Shown here: positions 17,746 to 26,983 of the stretch, piece by piece
Position numbering within the stretch: position 1 is the stretch's first letter
Layout: every line of letters begins with the position of its first letter
IMG/VR virus record: IMGVR_UViG_3300045988_182799
Reading direction: 5' to 3' (one strand)
Length of the DNA stretch: 64,000 nucleotides
Source of the DNA: a virus
Position numbers and translations under genes: made by a program
The notes under the pieces: generated by a model
The model's input: the letters and a program-made list of their open reading frames with translations, nothing else
Databases searched by the model: none
Told to the model about the DNA's origin: nothing

Positions 17746-20570
17746 AGACCTCCAAACGAAAGTTGCTCGCCCGTTGTCTGAGGCTTTGCTTCACTCTTTT
17801 CTTTCTTCTTGGAACCAAAGCTGCCACCATTACGCCGCTTGTAGCCGTACCCCTTATGCGCAGCCTGGACGGATTTGTACCCATACCCGTTTGCATCATC
17901 CAGCACAGTGTTGGAATCCTCTTCCATGATGACATAGCGTACATCACCGGGTTTAGATAGCTTGGAGGAGCGAATAACTCGATATTCGGCCGGAAACGCT
18001 TCTTTTTCTTTCTTATACTGCTCTTCTCCGTCCTTCCACCAGCCGACAGGTTCAGAGTCATACGTCTTACGCTCCGGCGGCAGACGCTTGTACTGGGAGA
18101 AGTCATAGGGTTCGGTTGCGGTTTCTTCTGCAACTTTGACATCCACACCCATGCTCTGCAAGCTGTTCAGCATTTGCTCGAAACTATCAGCCGGATTCAA
18201 AACCACCTGTTTCGAGGCTTGAGCCGGGCTGTACTGGGTAACAGGCTTTGGACGCTTCTTCTCGCGGACTTTCCAGACCTTGAGAAGCTGACGCTCATTG
18301 AAGTCGATGACCAAGCCGCAGTCTTTAAGCATCTTGCGAACCACATAAGTAGAGAAGTTCGAATAACCCGAATAGGGGCCGACATGGTTCTCAATATCGA
18401 CTGCCACGCAAGACATCTGATGTTCGAACTCTGCATGGTCATCAAGCCACTGTTCAATGACATGGAGAAGTTCTTTCTTATTGACCGATTCTTCCGTAGC
18501 TTTCTTATTCTGTTTCACGTATGCTTCGCAGGCGGCCAGAATTGTGTCATAGCCGTTTACTGCCGTACCGCCCACGATAGAGCGAGTTCCCGCATCCAGG
18601 ATGACATACTGCTCACCCTGCTTGATAATAGCAACACCTTCGTCCTGCGGCTTTTCCTCAACAATGTTGCCGCCGGTATCAAATTCAGGCAGCGAAGTGT
18701 CGGACATAACACGGTCGAGAATCGTGTCAAGGCTCTGGGAGTAGTCTTTCTCCAGATTGTAGGCGAGAGCTTCCGTATAGACGCCCTTGGTGATGCACTT
18801 CACTACCGCATTCAGAAAAGCCGTGCGGTCCGGAATTTCGACTTCATACATCGTGTTATCCCGGATGTTCCAAAGAACGCCGGTAGGAAGGCCTGTGGCG
18901 AGCATATAGCAGGCGCACTGGATGAAGTGCTTGTGTGCGAGGTTTGATACGAACTTCAGATAATAGACATTGTTGTCCTTGACTACATCGGCCATACCGC
19001 TAACGATAAGCGACGTGACAGGCTGCTTCAGTTCATCCTGTTCTACCACAATGTTTAGTTCTGCGCGTTCCTGAACCTCTTCATCATGGGTAAACATCGT
19101 AGAGAGGCGGTCAGTCAGCGCTTTTGCCTGTTCCGGCGTGATGAAAGGCAGTTCAACCTGCTTGATGTAACGGTCCTGACTCGTCATCAGCATCGTCAGG
19201 AACAGGACTTTTTGCTCCACTGATTTCCAAGAGGTCGGGACCTTCGCCATCTTGTCCTTGTGTAGGTACATGAAGAAGGCGATGGCGCTGTCGATGTCGT
19301 AAAAATCGAAGAAGTTTGCCTGCTGGTAGATACCGATGCAGGGAGACAGGTCAATCATCGCATCGGAGTGCTTGATTTCGATTTCCGTCTGGTCTTTCTG
19401 GAATACCTGCTTGGTTGTGATAAGGTTGTAGCACGCATCCACATCCTCATCAAACTTGAAATCGAACATTTCACTGATGTCGAATTTGTCCTTAAAGGTG
19501 GTGCGAGTCTTGACAGGGGTCATTAGGGTCTTATCGCTCACGAGGCTACGCTTATCAGGCTTAACGAAGATGACTTCTTGTTTACCACGGCTCGCAGCTA
19601 CGCAAAAGAGGTTGCGCATGATTTCGTAACGAGTCAGGGGCTGGCGCATACGGGTCGCCCAGTAATCCTCGGTGAAATCGAAGACCACGCAGATAGGACG
19701 TTCCATGCCCTTGCTGCCGTCGAATGTCGTGAAGATGCCCACATTGCTGTTCGGAGCTACGCTTTTTTCGCCGTCGTTGTCTTTGATGCTGGCATAGACA
19801 TGCTTCTTGTCGTAAAGGTTATCGGGACGCTCTTCCAAAGCGTTAAGAACCGTCGCCATCTGGCCGGTACGAGCGCCAAGGCAAAGGACATTCTTGGGGT
19901 CCAAGTCGTTCAGGTACTCAATAACCTCGTCTTTCGTCATGGACTTGACTTCGCAGTTCTCGTTGACTCCGTTGATTTCCTTATTCCAGATAGTGCCAAG
20001 GCGCTCGGCCAAGTCGTGGGACAAGCGAAAGCATTGGGTAAAGTTGACCTGCGTGTGTGCGCCAAGATAGCCGTGGATGAATTTCCAGATATCCAAGGAC
20101 GTGGTGTCGTAGATTTTCTGTGCCATATCCCCTACCGCAATAATTTGCATGGAGGGGTTTTCTTCCTTTATATATTCAAGCAAACGGGAGATTTCTTCGT
20201 TAATATCTTGGTACTCATCGATGATGAGCACGTCATAGCGACCGACCGGAACATGCAAATCGAGCGCCTTCTTAATTTGCTCGCCCTGTCCAATATTACG
20301 AACTCCGTGCCGATAGAGGAGTTTTGAAGCAAAGCCGTGGTAATTCTGAACGATAACATTGTCGTTTTGAATTTTTTCCTGCGCATCAAGTTTTAGCAGG
20401 CGGTTATAGGTCAGATACAGAATTTGTTTGGAGGCATCAAACTCATTGCACAGCACATTGATGGTCGATGTTTTTCCGCTGCCGATGCAGGCGTCACAAA
20501 GTATATTTCTGCCTGCAAGAGCCAGGCGTACAAGGTCCTGCTGCTCAGTAGACAGGTTAGCGAGAGTCAT
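17742..20570 (-). CDS. UvrD/PcrA-like superfamily-1 helicase with a ~380-aa C-terminal extension
   Basis: Walker A CDACIGSGKTSTI, motif II VLIIDEYQDIN (DExQD), motif III IIAVGDMAQKIYD. The C-terminal third has no recognised motif and a Lys/Gly-rich tail. Confidence 0.8.
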   Translation of the reverse strand: MTLANLSTEQQDLVRLALAGRNILCDACIGSGKTSTINVLCNEFDASKQILYLTYNRLLKLDAQEKIQNDNVIVQNYHGFASKLLYRHGVRNIGQGEQIKKALDLHVPVGRYDVLIIDEYQDINEEISRLLEYIKEENPSMQIIAVGDMAQKIYDTTSLDIWKFIHGYLGAHTQVNFTQCFRLSHDLAERLGTIWNKEINGVNENCEVKSMTKDEVIEYLNDLDPKNVLCLGARTGQMATVLNALEERPDNLYDKKHVYASIKDNDGEKSVAPNSNVGIFTTFDGSKGMERPICVVFDFTEDYWATRMRQPLTRYEIMRNLFCVAASRGKQEVIFVKPDKRSLVSDKTLMTPVKTRTTFKDKFDISEMFDFKFDEDVDACYNLITTKQVFQKDQTEIEIKHSDAMIDLSPCIGIYQQANFFDFYDIDSAIAFFMYLHKDKMAKVPTSWKSVEQKVLFLTMLMTSQDRYIKQVELPFITPEQAKALTDRLSTMFTHDEEVQERAELNIVVEQDELKQPVTSLIVSGMADVVKDNNVYYLKFVSNLAHKHFIQCACYMLATGLPTGVLWNIRDNTMYEVEIPDRTAFLNAVVKCITKGVYTEALAYNLEKDYSQSLDTILDRVMSDTSLPEFDTGGNIVEEKPQDEGVAIIKQGEQYVILDAGTRSIVGGTAVNGYDTILAACEAYVKQNKKATEESVNKKELLHVIEQWLDDHAEFEHQMSCVAVDIENHVGPYSGYSNFSTYVVRKMLKDCGLVIDFNERQLLKVWKVREKKRPKPVTQYSPAQASKQVVLNPADSFEQMLNSLQSMGVDVKVAEETATEPYDFSQYKRLPPERKTYDSEPVGWWKDGEEQYKKEKEAFPAEYRVIRSSKLSKPGDVRYVIMEEDSNTVLDDANGYGYKSVQAAHKGYGYKRRNGGSFGSKKKEKSEAKPQTTGEQLSFGGL

Positions 20571-20668
20571 GGTCTAAGTCCTCCAAAAACACATATTGAC
20601 GCAAAAAGAATACCCCGGCAAACACTCAATGCGTTCCACCGGGGTACAATTATTTATCTTACAATATC

Positions 20669-20697
20669 AATTGTAGGCAATTCGCACAGATGGTCAA
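20669..20697 (-). promoter_or_regulatory. promoter e of the conserved-spacer family (helicase operon)
   Basis: Minus strand TTGACC-atcTGTGCGAATTGcc-TACAAT. Confidence 0.55.
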
Positions 20698-20739
20698 GTG
20701 TTTTTTACCGTATTGTGTTTTGAATTTTGCGAGTAAAAA

Positions 20740-20870
20740 AATGACGTCCACCCGTGATTTACGGATGGACGTTCAATCTTACGCAGCCTCACGGGTTGCT
20801 ACTGTTTACGTCACGGGACGCATTTTTTGCATACATGGTTTCAATCTTACGCGGTCTCATTGGCTGCGGC
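20740..20870. repeat. non-coding repeat cluster: 8-bp inverted repeat plus 13-bp direct repeats
   Basis: GACGTCCA..15 nt..TGGACGT, followed by TTCAATCTTACGC twice ~70 bp apart and two CACGGG(A/T) copies. Lies between the nucleotidyltransferase gene and promoter e. Confidence 0.4.
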
Positions 20871-21012
20871 AACAAAGCCATATAATGACTTCACTTTGTA
20901 CATAACACAGCATTGTATGTTTTTCTGTTAACTATGGTGTTTTGCTAATATCTCATTGGCATAGACCTCCATTCTCTACATTCGTTGGTGCAAAGCCTTT
21001 TTGTACTTTATT

Positions 21013-22020
21013 TTACATGACACGTCGCAGATAGGACTTGTTGATTTCTACCAGCAACTCCTCAACCTTCCCAAAGTCCGGCTTGGTCGGGAGCATAGTT
21101 TCCTTCACATCTCGCTGGAATCTTGATTCGAGCCGGTCAACAAGCTCAAAGAATTCGGGAGCGTATGCCCCATCTTGGTACATGTATTTACCGTTGCGGA
21201 TAGCAAGCAGTTCCTCGCGTTCCTTGTCCCGGCGGGCGATGATGTGTCCTTGCTCCAGAATGTCAAAGGCCGTGTAGTATAGCCGTACAAGGTGCATTGC
21301 ATGTTTATTGATGTGGGCAGCATCTTTTTGCGCTTTCGGATGCTGCGGCTGTTCATACTGGTCGATAGTCGTTGTCAGACCTCGAAGCAGGGACTTGAGA
21401 GAGTTGACAGGATAGTTACTCAGATTTCCAGAAATCAAGAGAGGATGTTTGCCTTCAGAATCGACATCTTTACTGATGCTGATTTCAAAGACATCATCTT
21501 TACCCTGACCTGCAATAAGTCGTTCGAGGCTTCTCTTTTCAAACTTGTTTTTGAGCGGCTCAGGAGAAGCGCCATTCCGCAGTAGTCCCATCTGCAAGCG
21601 TCTGAGCTGGTCGTTCGCAAAGCCACCATAGCTGTATGCAATGCGCCGGGTCAGGAAAAGTTCCTTGTTATCCAGCAGCATCTGTCCTTCTGGAGTCATG
21701 TTCACATACAGCTTCGGGTCGTTGCCAAGAAGCTCAATGACATTAGGGTTACATTGGACAAGCAGGTTGACAAATTTATTGATGGCGTAGATGACGGTAT
21801 CCGTCTGATTATTGATGACTTGCTCAAAGCGATTAAACCCCAAGATTTCAGGCGAACCAGCCGCACCACGGATGTCAACATCTGAACCCTCAACATTCGT
21901 ACCATAGGCGTGGCTGCCGCCGATAGTCAAAAACAGGATGTTATCTCCCAGATGCTTGTTGGTGCGTAAAAAATCATATTCTTCACGCTGGAGAATCGCT
22001 TTCAATTCTGCGTTTGTCAT
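21013..22020 (-). CDS. pol-beta-superfamily nucleotidyltransferase (335 aa)
   Basis: Canonical NTase motif LFLTIGGSHAYGTNVEGSDVDIRG (GS-x9-13-DxD) with a helical C-terminal domain. Substrate cannot be assigned by eye. Confidence 0.75.
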   Translation of the reverse strand: MTNAELKAILQREEYDFLRTNKHLGDNILFLTIGGSHAYGTNVEGSDVDIRGAAGSPEILGFNRFEQVINNQTDTVIYAINKFVNLLVQCNPNVIELLGNDPKLYVNMTPEGQMLLDNKELFLTRRIAYSYGGFANDQLRRLQMGLLRNGASPEPLKNKFEKRSLERLIAGQGKDDVFEISISKDVDSEGKHPLLISGNLSNYPVNSLKSLLRGLTTTIDQYEQPQHPKAQKDAAHINKHAMHLVRLYYTAFDILEQGHIIARRDKEREELLAIRNGKYMYQDGAYAPEFFELVDRLESRFQRDVKETMLPTKPDFGKVEELLVEINKSYLRRVM

Positions 22021-22040
22021 GTTACCACTTCCTTACTATT

Positions 22041-22460
22041 TCACGTCATTGCAATACATTTCTTTTCAACCCGGACCCACTTCTCCGTACCCCTGTCATA
22101 CTCCAGCACGTCTTTGGCAACCACTGTGCTTCCCTCGATATATTCCAGAATTTGCCGCACACGCATGGGACGTTTCGCATCCTGTGCTATCCGTAGCGCT
22201 GCATCTCTGTACTCAACTGTGTATGCAGGCTCGTAGGTTACATACGGGCAGCCATCGGGTTGTGTCTGACGACTCAGCTCAAAGCGCGACCGGACGTAGC
22301 CGTTGTGCAGGGCATTACGGATGGCGCAAGCACTTTTTCTTTCGCCACTCTGTTCAAAGGTTTGTGCAATTTCCTCCACACACCGACAAAAATGCGTGGC
22401 ATCTTGGCTGTGTTTTGCGAAAATCAGTTTTCGAATCAGCAGTGCTTCATCTTGACTCAC
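22041..22460 (-). CDS. hypothetical protein (139 aa)
   Basis: Intact ORF adjacent to the NTase. Confidence 0.55.
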   Translation of the reverse strand: MSQDEALLIRKLIFAKHSQDATHFCRCVEEIAQTFEQSGERKSACAIRNALHNGYVRSRFELSRQTQPDGCPYVTYEPAYTVEYRDAALRIAQDAKRPMRVRQILEYIEGSTVVAKDVLEYDRGTEKWVRVEKKCIAMT

Positions 22461-22472
22461 GGCTCTCTCCTT

Positions 22473-22808
22473 TCACTTCTTCGTCGAGACCAAGAAGACT
22501 CTTTTGGAGAAAGTTCCCTTCTCTGCTGCCTTCTGGCTTCTGACCTGTTCCACTTCCCTCTTAGAGACAGCGCAAGTCTTGCCAATAGCGTACAGAACCT
22601 CCATGACGTCTGATATTTCCTCTGCACAGTCCAGAACGCTCCGTTGCTTGGCGGTGTAGGCTTCCAGCAGTTCGGCAACCTCTTCTTTCAGTTTCTCAGC
22701 CAGAGCATCTTCGTACTCCTTATCAGACAGCTTACGGGTCACGCAGGTTTCTCCGTTTTTCTCAATAATAGCCGGGATATTATCCCGAACCAGCTTTTGA
22801 AACATCAT
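22473..22808 (-). CDS. MazG-like / all-alpha NTP pyrophosphohydrolase family protein
   Basis: Placing the start at MMFQKLVRDNIPAII removes an 89-nt overlap with the upstream gene. The KLVRDxIPxII N-terminus and following EExxE pattern are typical of small MazG/HisE-like NTP-PPases. Confidence 0.55.
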   Translation of the reverse strand: MMFQKLVRDNIPAIIEKNGETCVTRKLSDKEYEDALAEKLKEEVAELLEAYTAKQRSVLDCAEEISDVMEVLYAIGKTCAVSKREVEQVRSQKAAEKGTFSKRVFLVSTKK

Positions 22809-22812
22809 AGTT

Positions 22813-23235
22813 TTATCTTTCCTCCAGTTTACAGCGCCGCAGCGGTATGCGCAGCTCACGACAGGTGTATGCGGTTTCTCGTTCATCATCGGTTCCTTCA
22901 AAGACTACACAGCCTTTCTGCTGTTGCTTGGAAAGGTATGCGGGTAAATCATCGTTTGTGACAGATACAAATAGGTATCCACGCTCACTGGCGTACATCG
23001 CAGCCAAGGCCGCAATCTTCTGCCCTGATTCTGCTACAATGACAACCTTATCTCGCTTTGCCAGCATCTTGTCGAGATACTCAGCTACCTGTTTGCGGTG
23101 CTTCCCCATCGCTTGCTGCGTGGCAGTAACACCACAAAAGAACCAATCCTTTTTGCAGATTCTGGCATCGCATTCCTTGCACTGAAGGTAAACCACATTG
23201 CCGTTTATGTATGGACAGTAAATGCTCATTCGCAA
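22813..23235 (-). CDS. hypothetical protein with N-terminal Cys cluster (140 aa)
   Basis: CPY..(11)..CKEC plus a Rossmann-like segment KVVIVAESGQKIAALAAMYAS. No fold assigned. Confidence 0.5.
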   Translation of the reverse strand: MRMSIYCPYINGNVVYLQCKECDARICKKDWFFCGVTATQQAMGKHRKQVAEYLDKMLAKRDKVVIVAESGQKIAALAAMYASERGYLFVSVTNDDLPAYLSKQQQKGCVVFEGTDDERETAYTCRELRIPLRRCKLEER

Positions 23236-23448
23236 TTACACCTTTTTGAAATATTTCTCAACGTATTCATCCGGCAGCTCCATGCGCATCTTATCCGGTC
23301 CTGTGAATTCCTTGAAGCTATATTGCCCACCGCACCAGACCAGATGCCAGATAGTCCCGCGTTTGACGCGGTACGGCTTCTTTTTGCCATCAGGCCCGTC
23401 ATACCATAGTGTCAGCGGCTTGACGCATTTGTAATTTGTGTTATACAT
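23236..23448 (-). CDS. small hypothetical protein (70 aa)
   Basis: This is the C-terminal part of track ORF 23236-23742. The long version overlaps the macro-domain gene by 245 nt and is rejected. Confidence 0.35.
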   Translation of the reverse strand: MYNTNYKCVKPLTLWYDGPDGKKKPYRVKRGTIWHLVWCGGQYSFKEFTGPDKMRMELPDEYVEKYFKKV

Positions 23449-23497
23449 ATCGCTCCTTGTTTTTGTTGGTGGATTCTCCAACCCGTATTCATTTGTC

Positions 23498-23977
23498 TTA
23501 TCTCTTATTCGGCGACAAAACCCAAATCTCCACATTAGCGTTCCACGCCTCAGCAGCTTCGGCAATGAGAGAAAAGACAGTGTCCCAATCACCGCCCGCA
23601 AGGCCGCAGCCGATGCTGCTCGGAATACGGATGGTTGCTTCCGGCGCAATTTTCGAACAATCTCGCATAAACGTAAACAATGCCGTTGCAAAGGCAGCAT
23701 AGTTCGTCTGGCGTTCACCAAGTCCATAGTTATTTTGCCCAAACAGGTTCACAACATGAATGTTCGGCTCAACCCGGACTTTCTGGTAACTGCCAAGGAA
23801 CTCTTTCCATGCCGGGATTTCCATATACTGCTGGTACACAACGGGCCACTTACGGCGGATTTTGAGAGCAAGCCCTGCGCCCATCACGCCTCGACAATTC
23901 ACCTGCTGACAGATGTAGACCTCCTTGTTAGAAGGAAGATTCGTCAGGATGTCGCCAGAGATAATCTTGATGCTCAT
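23498..23977 (-). CDS. macro domain protein (ADP-ribose binding/hydrolysing fold)
   Basis: KIISGDILTN...VYICQQVNCRGVMGAGLALKIRRKWP is the canonical macro-domain N-terminal signature (GDIT...N..G.GvagAi). Confidence 0.8.
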   Translation of the reverse strand: MSIKIISGDILTNLPSNKEVYICQQVNCRGVMGAGLALKIRRKWPVVYQQYMEIPAWKEFLGSYQKVRVEPNIHVVNLFGQNNYGLGERQTNYAAFATALFTFMRDCSKIAPEATIRIPSSIGCGLAGGDWDTVFSLIAEAAEAWNANVEIWVLSPNKR

Positions 23978-23981
23978 GTCC

Positions 23982-24581
23982 TCACTCCTTTATGACGATA
24001 TAGTTGCCGTTGGCAAAGCCCAGCAGCTTGTTGTAAAGCTCCGCAGAAATTTCAATGAACGTCTCGCTGCACAGGCCTATCTTGTGCAGGAATCGCTTGT
24101 CTTGCTGCATAGACGATGCCATGTTAAAGGCAATGGCAAGAACCTTTTTCTGCATGCGGCCGAAAGTCACGCCTCTCATTTCCACACTGTCAGGCGTTGC
24201 TGCCCACACGGATGCCTGTACTGTAATGGCCCACAGGTCCGCATCCCAGAAGCGAGCGTTTTCGTTGCCCATCAAGGGCCGCATAATGCGCCAGGCGTTC
24301 GCGTAGCTCTTGCCTTCGACATTTTCAATGGCAGGCCCGAAGAAGCCGTCCGTTTTGTTGCTGAGTTCAATGAGACGCTCAGCCATCTTGGTGGCAGCGT
24401 AGGCCAGAGACTTGGCATCGGTGTCGTTCATTTCGATAGTCAGCTCTTCCCCATCGGGCTTGATGTACTTATACTTGTTCTCACCAATGGCTGCACTCTC
24501 CTGCAGGACGCGAGGCAGTTCCTTCAGCATTGTCTTGCTTGCACCAGCCTTCGCTTTTTCAATGTAACTGCTGTTTGACAT
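23982..24581 (-). CDS. hypothetical protein (199 aa)
   Basis: Intact ORF. No motif. Confidence 0.55.
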   Translation of the reverse strand: MSNSSYIEKAKAGASKTMLKELPRVLQESAAIGENKYKYIKPDGEELTIEMNDTDAKSLAYAATKMAERLIELSNKTDGFFGPAIENVEGKSYANAWRIMRPLMGNENARFWDADLWAITVQASVWAATPDSVEMRGVTFGRMQKKVLAIAFNMASSMQQDKRFLHKIGLCSETFIEISAELYNKLLGFANGNYIVIKE

Positions 24582-24619
24582 GTTGTGTTCCTCTCAGCTC
24601 AAATGACAGATGCTTTGAC

Positions 24620-25045
24620 TCAGTTCAGCTTGTTTCCCGGATAGAGCGCATAGTCATTGCGGGATGCACGCTCCTCGCTATGTATCAGCATTACGTTTGC
24701 CATGCTGGTGTAGTAGTCCTTGTCTCCGCTCATCGTGTCTTCGACCCCAAATTTGATGTTCAGACCACCATCGACAATCTCGTACTTTACGAGCCTGGCT
24801 ATGACCCACTGATTATTATGCCGGTAGTAGATGTAATCATAGTCCGTCTCTGCTGATTCTGCCGTACTGGGCTCGGCTGTCTCACTCGTAGCAAACAGCT
24901 GTGACGGAATGTCCTTCAGTTCTTCCAGCGTCTGGTCTGCTACTTCACCGCAGCCCTCGAAGGCTACTGCAACGACCAAAATCACGCACACGACCAGTGC
25001 TTTCTTTGCAAATCGCATAATCTGTTTCAAGTGAATCACCACCAT
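24620..25045 (-). CDS. secreted/lipoprotein-like hypothetical protein
   Basis: N-terminal hydrophobic segment ALVVCVILVVAVAFEGC. Confidence 0.55.
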   Translation of the reverse strand: MVVIHLKQIMRFAKKALVVCVILVVAVAFEGCGEVADQTLEELKDIPSQLFATSETAEPSTAESAETDYDYIYYRHNNQWVIARLVKYEIVDGGLNIKFGVEDTMSGDKDYYTSMANVMLIHSEERASRNDYALYPGNKLN

Positions 25046-25171
25046 TATTGTAGGTGCAATGTGCTTTTTTGCTTTCTCTATCTATAATTTTACTTGTAAA
25101 AACGGCAAAATACAACGATAGTAGCTTGTTTTTAATCTTCTGTACACATTTTGAAGGAGTGTCTTTGCCAT

Positions 25172-25214
25172 CGAATAGAAAAGAAAAAGCCCGCCTGTTA
25201 GCAGCAGGCAGGCT
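25172..25214 (-). terminator. intrinsic terminator
   Basis: Minus strand GCCTGCCTGCTGCTAACAGGCGGGC hairpin followed by TTTTTCTTTTCT. Confidence 0.45.
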
Positions 25215-25402
25215 GTTCTCGCAGTGAGCGTTTTAGGTCCGCTCAAGACCCTATTCGTCTCTACCGAAGCAACGCTATCAGCGCTGTTCAGTATCTATTA
25301 GTATATGGTGGTCGCATATCGTGTCAACTGCATATCGCGGCCATGCAACAGAAAAAGGAGCCTCACCTGCTTCTTGCAGGCAAGACTCCTCATTCGTATG
25401 GT

Positions 25403-25729
25403 TTAGCCTTCCACGTCGAAGGTGTAACCCTTTACGGTCATAGTGACCAGGCCGCCACGAGACTGACACTTTACGCCGTCCAGGCTGACATCGAGAGTCA
25501 GGCTGGAATCTTCGTTGTCCAGCCAGCTGGGCCGCATGTAGGCAGCGAGGTCGTGCAGCGCACCGATGACGTAAGTAACCAGGTCCTCATCATCCAGAGT
25601 CTGAGCAATCACATCGTTTTCCTTGTCGGCGGGAAAGCCGATGGAAGCGGTGATGCTGTCAAGGGTGTTGTCGTCCTTGGAGCGGAAAGCGGTGGCGCTG
25701 AACTCAATCAGGTTAGGGTTGGTGTTCAT
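25403..25729 (-). CDS. small highly acidic protein, paralog 1 (108 aa)
   Basis: Start placed at MNTNPNL (RBS AAAGGAGAA). It is 45-50% identical to the downstream paralog over its full length. Confidence 0.6.
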   Translation of the reverse strand: MNTNPNLIEFSATAFRSKDDNTLDSITASIGFPADKENDVIAQTLDDEDLVTYVIGALHDLAAYMRPSWLDNEDSSLTLDVSLDGVKCQSRGGLVTMTVKGYTFDVEG

Positions 25730-25777
25730 AGTGGTATTCTCCTTTGTATATGTTATTGATTTCCTGTGGTACTTATT

Positions 25778-25805
25778 ATTGTATGCGGTTCGCATAAGGC
25801 GTCAA
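25778..25805 (-). promoter_or_regulatory. promoter f of the conserved-spacer family
   Basis: Minus strand TTGACG-cctTATGCGAACCGca-TACAAT. Confidence 0.5.
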
Positions 25806-25916
25806 CCGTCGCACCTGCGGTTTTTGCAGCTACGCTCTCTTATCCGTTTAGCAGCTACGCAACAAAAAAAGGAGCCCCACCCGCTTTCACAGGCAAGACC
25901 CCTAATTTGGCCCTGC

Positions 25917-26237
25917 TTAATCTTCGAGGCCGAAGGTGAAGCCGTTTTCTTTCATAGCAACGAGACCGCCGCGTGACTGAGCCTCGCTGCCGTCGATGGA
26001 AATATCCAGCGTCAGGCTGGTATCTTCGCCGTCCAGCCAGTTGGGCCGCATATCGCTGATAAGGTTGTACAGTGCGGCAACAGCATGAACAATCAGCTTT
26101 TCCTCGCCCAGTGCATTTCCAATCACCTCATCGTCGTTCTCTACGGGAACGCTGATGGATGCCGAAAAACTTTCGAGGTTGTTGTCGTCATCATTGCGGA
26201 ATGCGGTAGCTTCAAATTTCAGAGTGCAAGTATTCAT
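25917..26237 (-). CDS. small highly acidic protein, paralog 2 (106 aa)
   Basis: MNTCTLKFEATAFRNDDDN... It has the same RBS and 5' UTR (caataacatatacaaaggaga) as paralog 1. Confidence 0.6.
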   Translation of the reverse strand: MNTCTLKFEATAFRNDDDNNLESFSASISVPVENDDEVIGNALGEEKLIVHAVAALYNLISDMRPNWLDGEDTSLTLDISIDGSEAQSRGGLVAMKENGFTFGLED

Positions 26238-26284
26238 GGGAAATCTCCTTTGTATATGTTATTGGGGGCCTTCTTGCACCTTTA

Positions 26285-26312
26285 ATTGTACGCAAATCGC
26301 ACGATACAGCAA
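26285..26312 (-). promoter_or_regulatory. promoter g of the conserved-spacer family
   Basis: Minus strand TTGCTG-tatCGTGCGATTTGcg-TACAAT. Confidence 0.5.
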
Positions 26313-26365
26313 TATAAAATTTACTTAATCAAATCCGGCATATTTGAATTAAATTCGTGATTTCT

Positions 26366-26848
26366 TTAATTTTGCGGTTCTTGTGCGGCTCTTTTGTTTC
26401 CCGTCATTACTTTTTCTGCATTTTTAGTGCTTTGATAGAAATATTCTTTGCCTTTAAGCGTAATATACAGAACGCTTCCGTTCCCATCAAGGTATCCACG
26501 TCGCTTTAAATCTTCAAAACGCTTATATGCTCGTTTGGTAGCTTGTGCTTGTTCATCTGACATGTTGCCGCTTTTGTAATCGATGCCATCTCCGGTCATA
26601 AAGAGCATTCGTAATTCTCCATTACCATGCAGTTTGATGTCACAGCTATCTTTTCCATCGGATATTTCAAGGATTTTCTTTAAAATGAGCAGTGCTTCTT
26701 TTCCGTATTGCGCGTCAAGCCATTTTGTAGCTTCTTCGGCGGATACTTTCACTTTCTCACTGCGTGAAATACTCCTTTTTCCAGCAGTATTATGATACGC
26801 GTAAATGTGTCGTGCTGCCATTTCCTTGTACTCAATCGGCTTTTCCAT
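26366..26848 (-). CDS. hypothetical protein (160 aa)
   Basis: Intact ORF. A canonical TTGCGC-17-TATAAT promoter lies at 26941-26968; it does not carry the family core. Confidence 0.55.
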   Translation of the reverse strand: MEKPIEYKEMAARHIYAYHNTAGKRSISRSEKVKVSAEEATKWLDAQYGKEALLILKKILEISDGKDSCDIKLHGNGELRMLFMTGDGIDYKSGNMSDEQAQATKRAYKRFEDLKRRGYLDGNGSVLYITLKGKEYFYQSTKNAEKVMTGNKRAAQEPQN

Positions 26849-26983
26849 AGTATTTTACCTCCTAAAAATAAAAAGCCTCCCACCGCAGTCAGTGTGATAC
26901 TGATTACGATAGGAGGCTGTGAACCTGTTGTGATGTCTGTATTATAGCATGTTTTGAGAATTGCGCAAGACTATATAAGGCGC

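Noticed and set aside
17705-18148. 147-aa ORF overlapping the 3' end of the helicase gene
   Set aside because: It is nested in a different frame inside the UvrD-like helicase CDS, with a Pro/Ser/Arg-rich junk-like translation.
23236-23742. 168-aa version of the ORF downstream of the macro-domain gene
   Set aside because: It overlaps the convincing macro-domain CDS by 245 nt in another frame. Only the non-overlapping 70-aa C-terminal part with its own ATG was retained, at low confidence.
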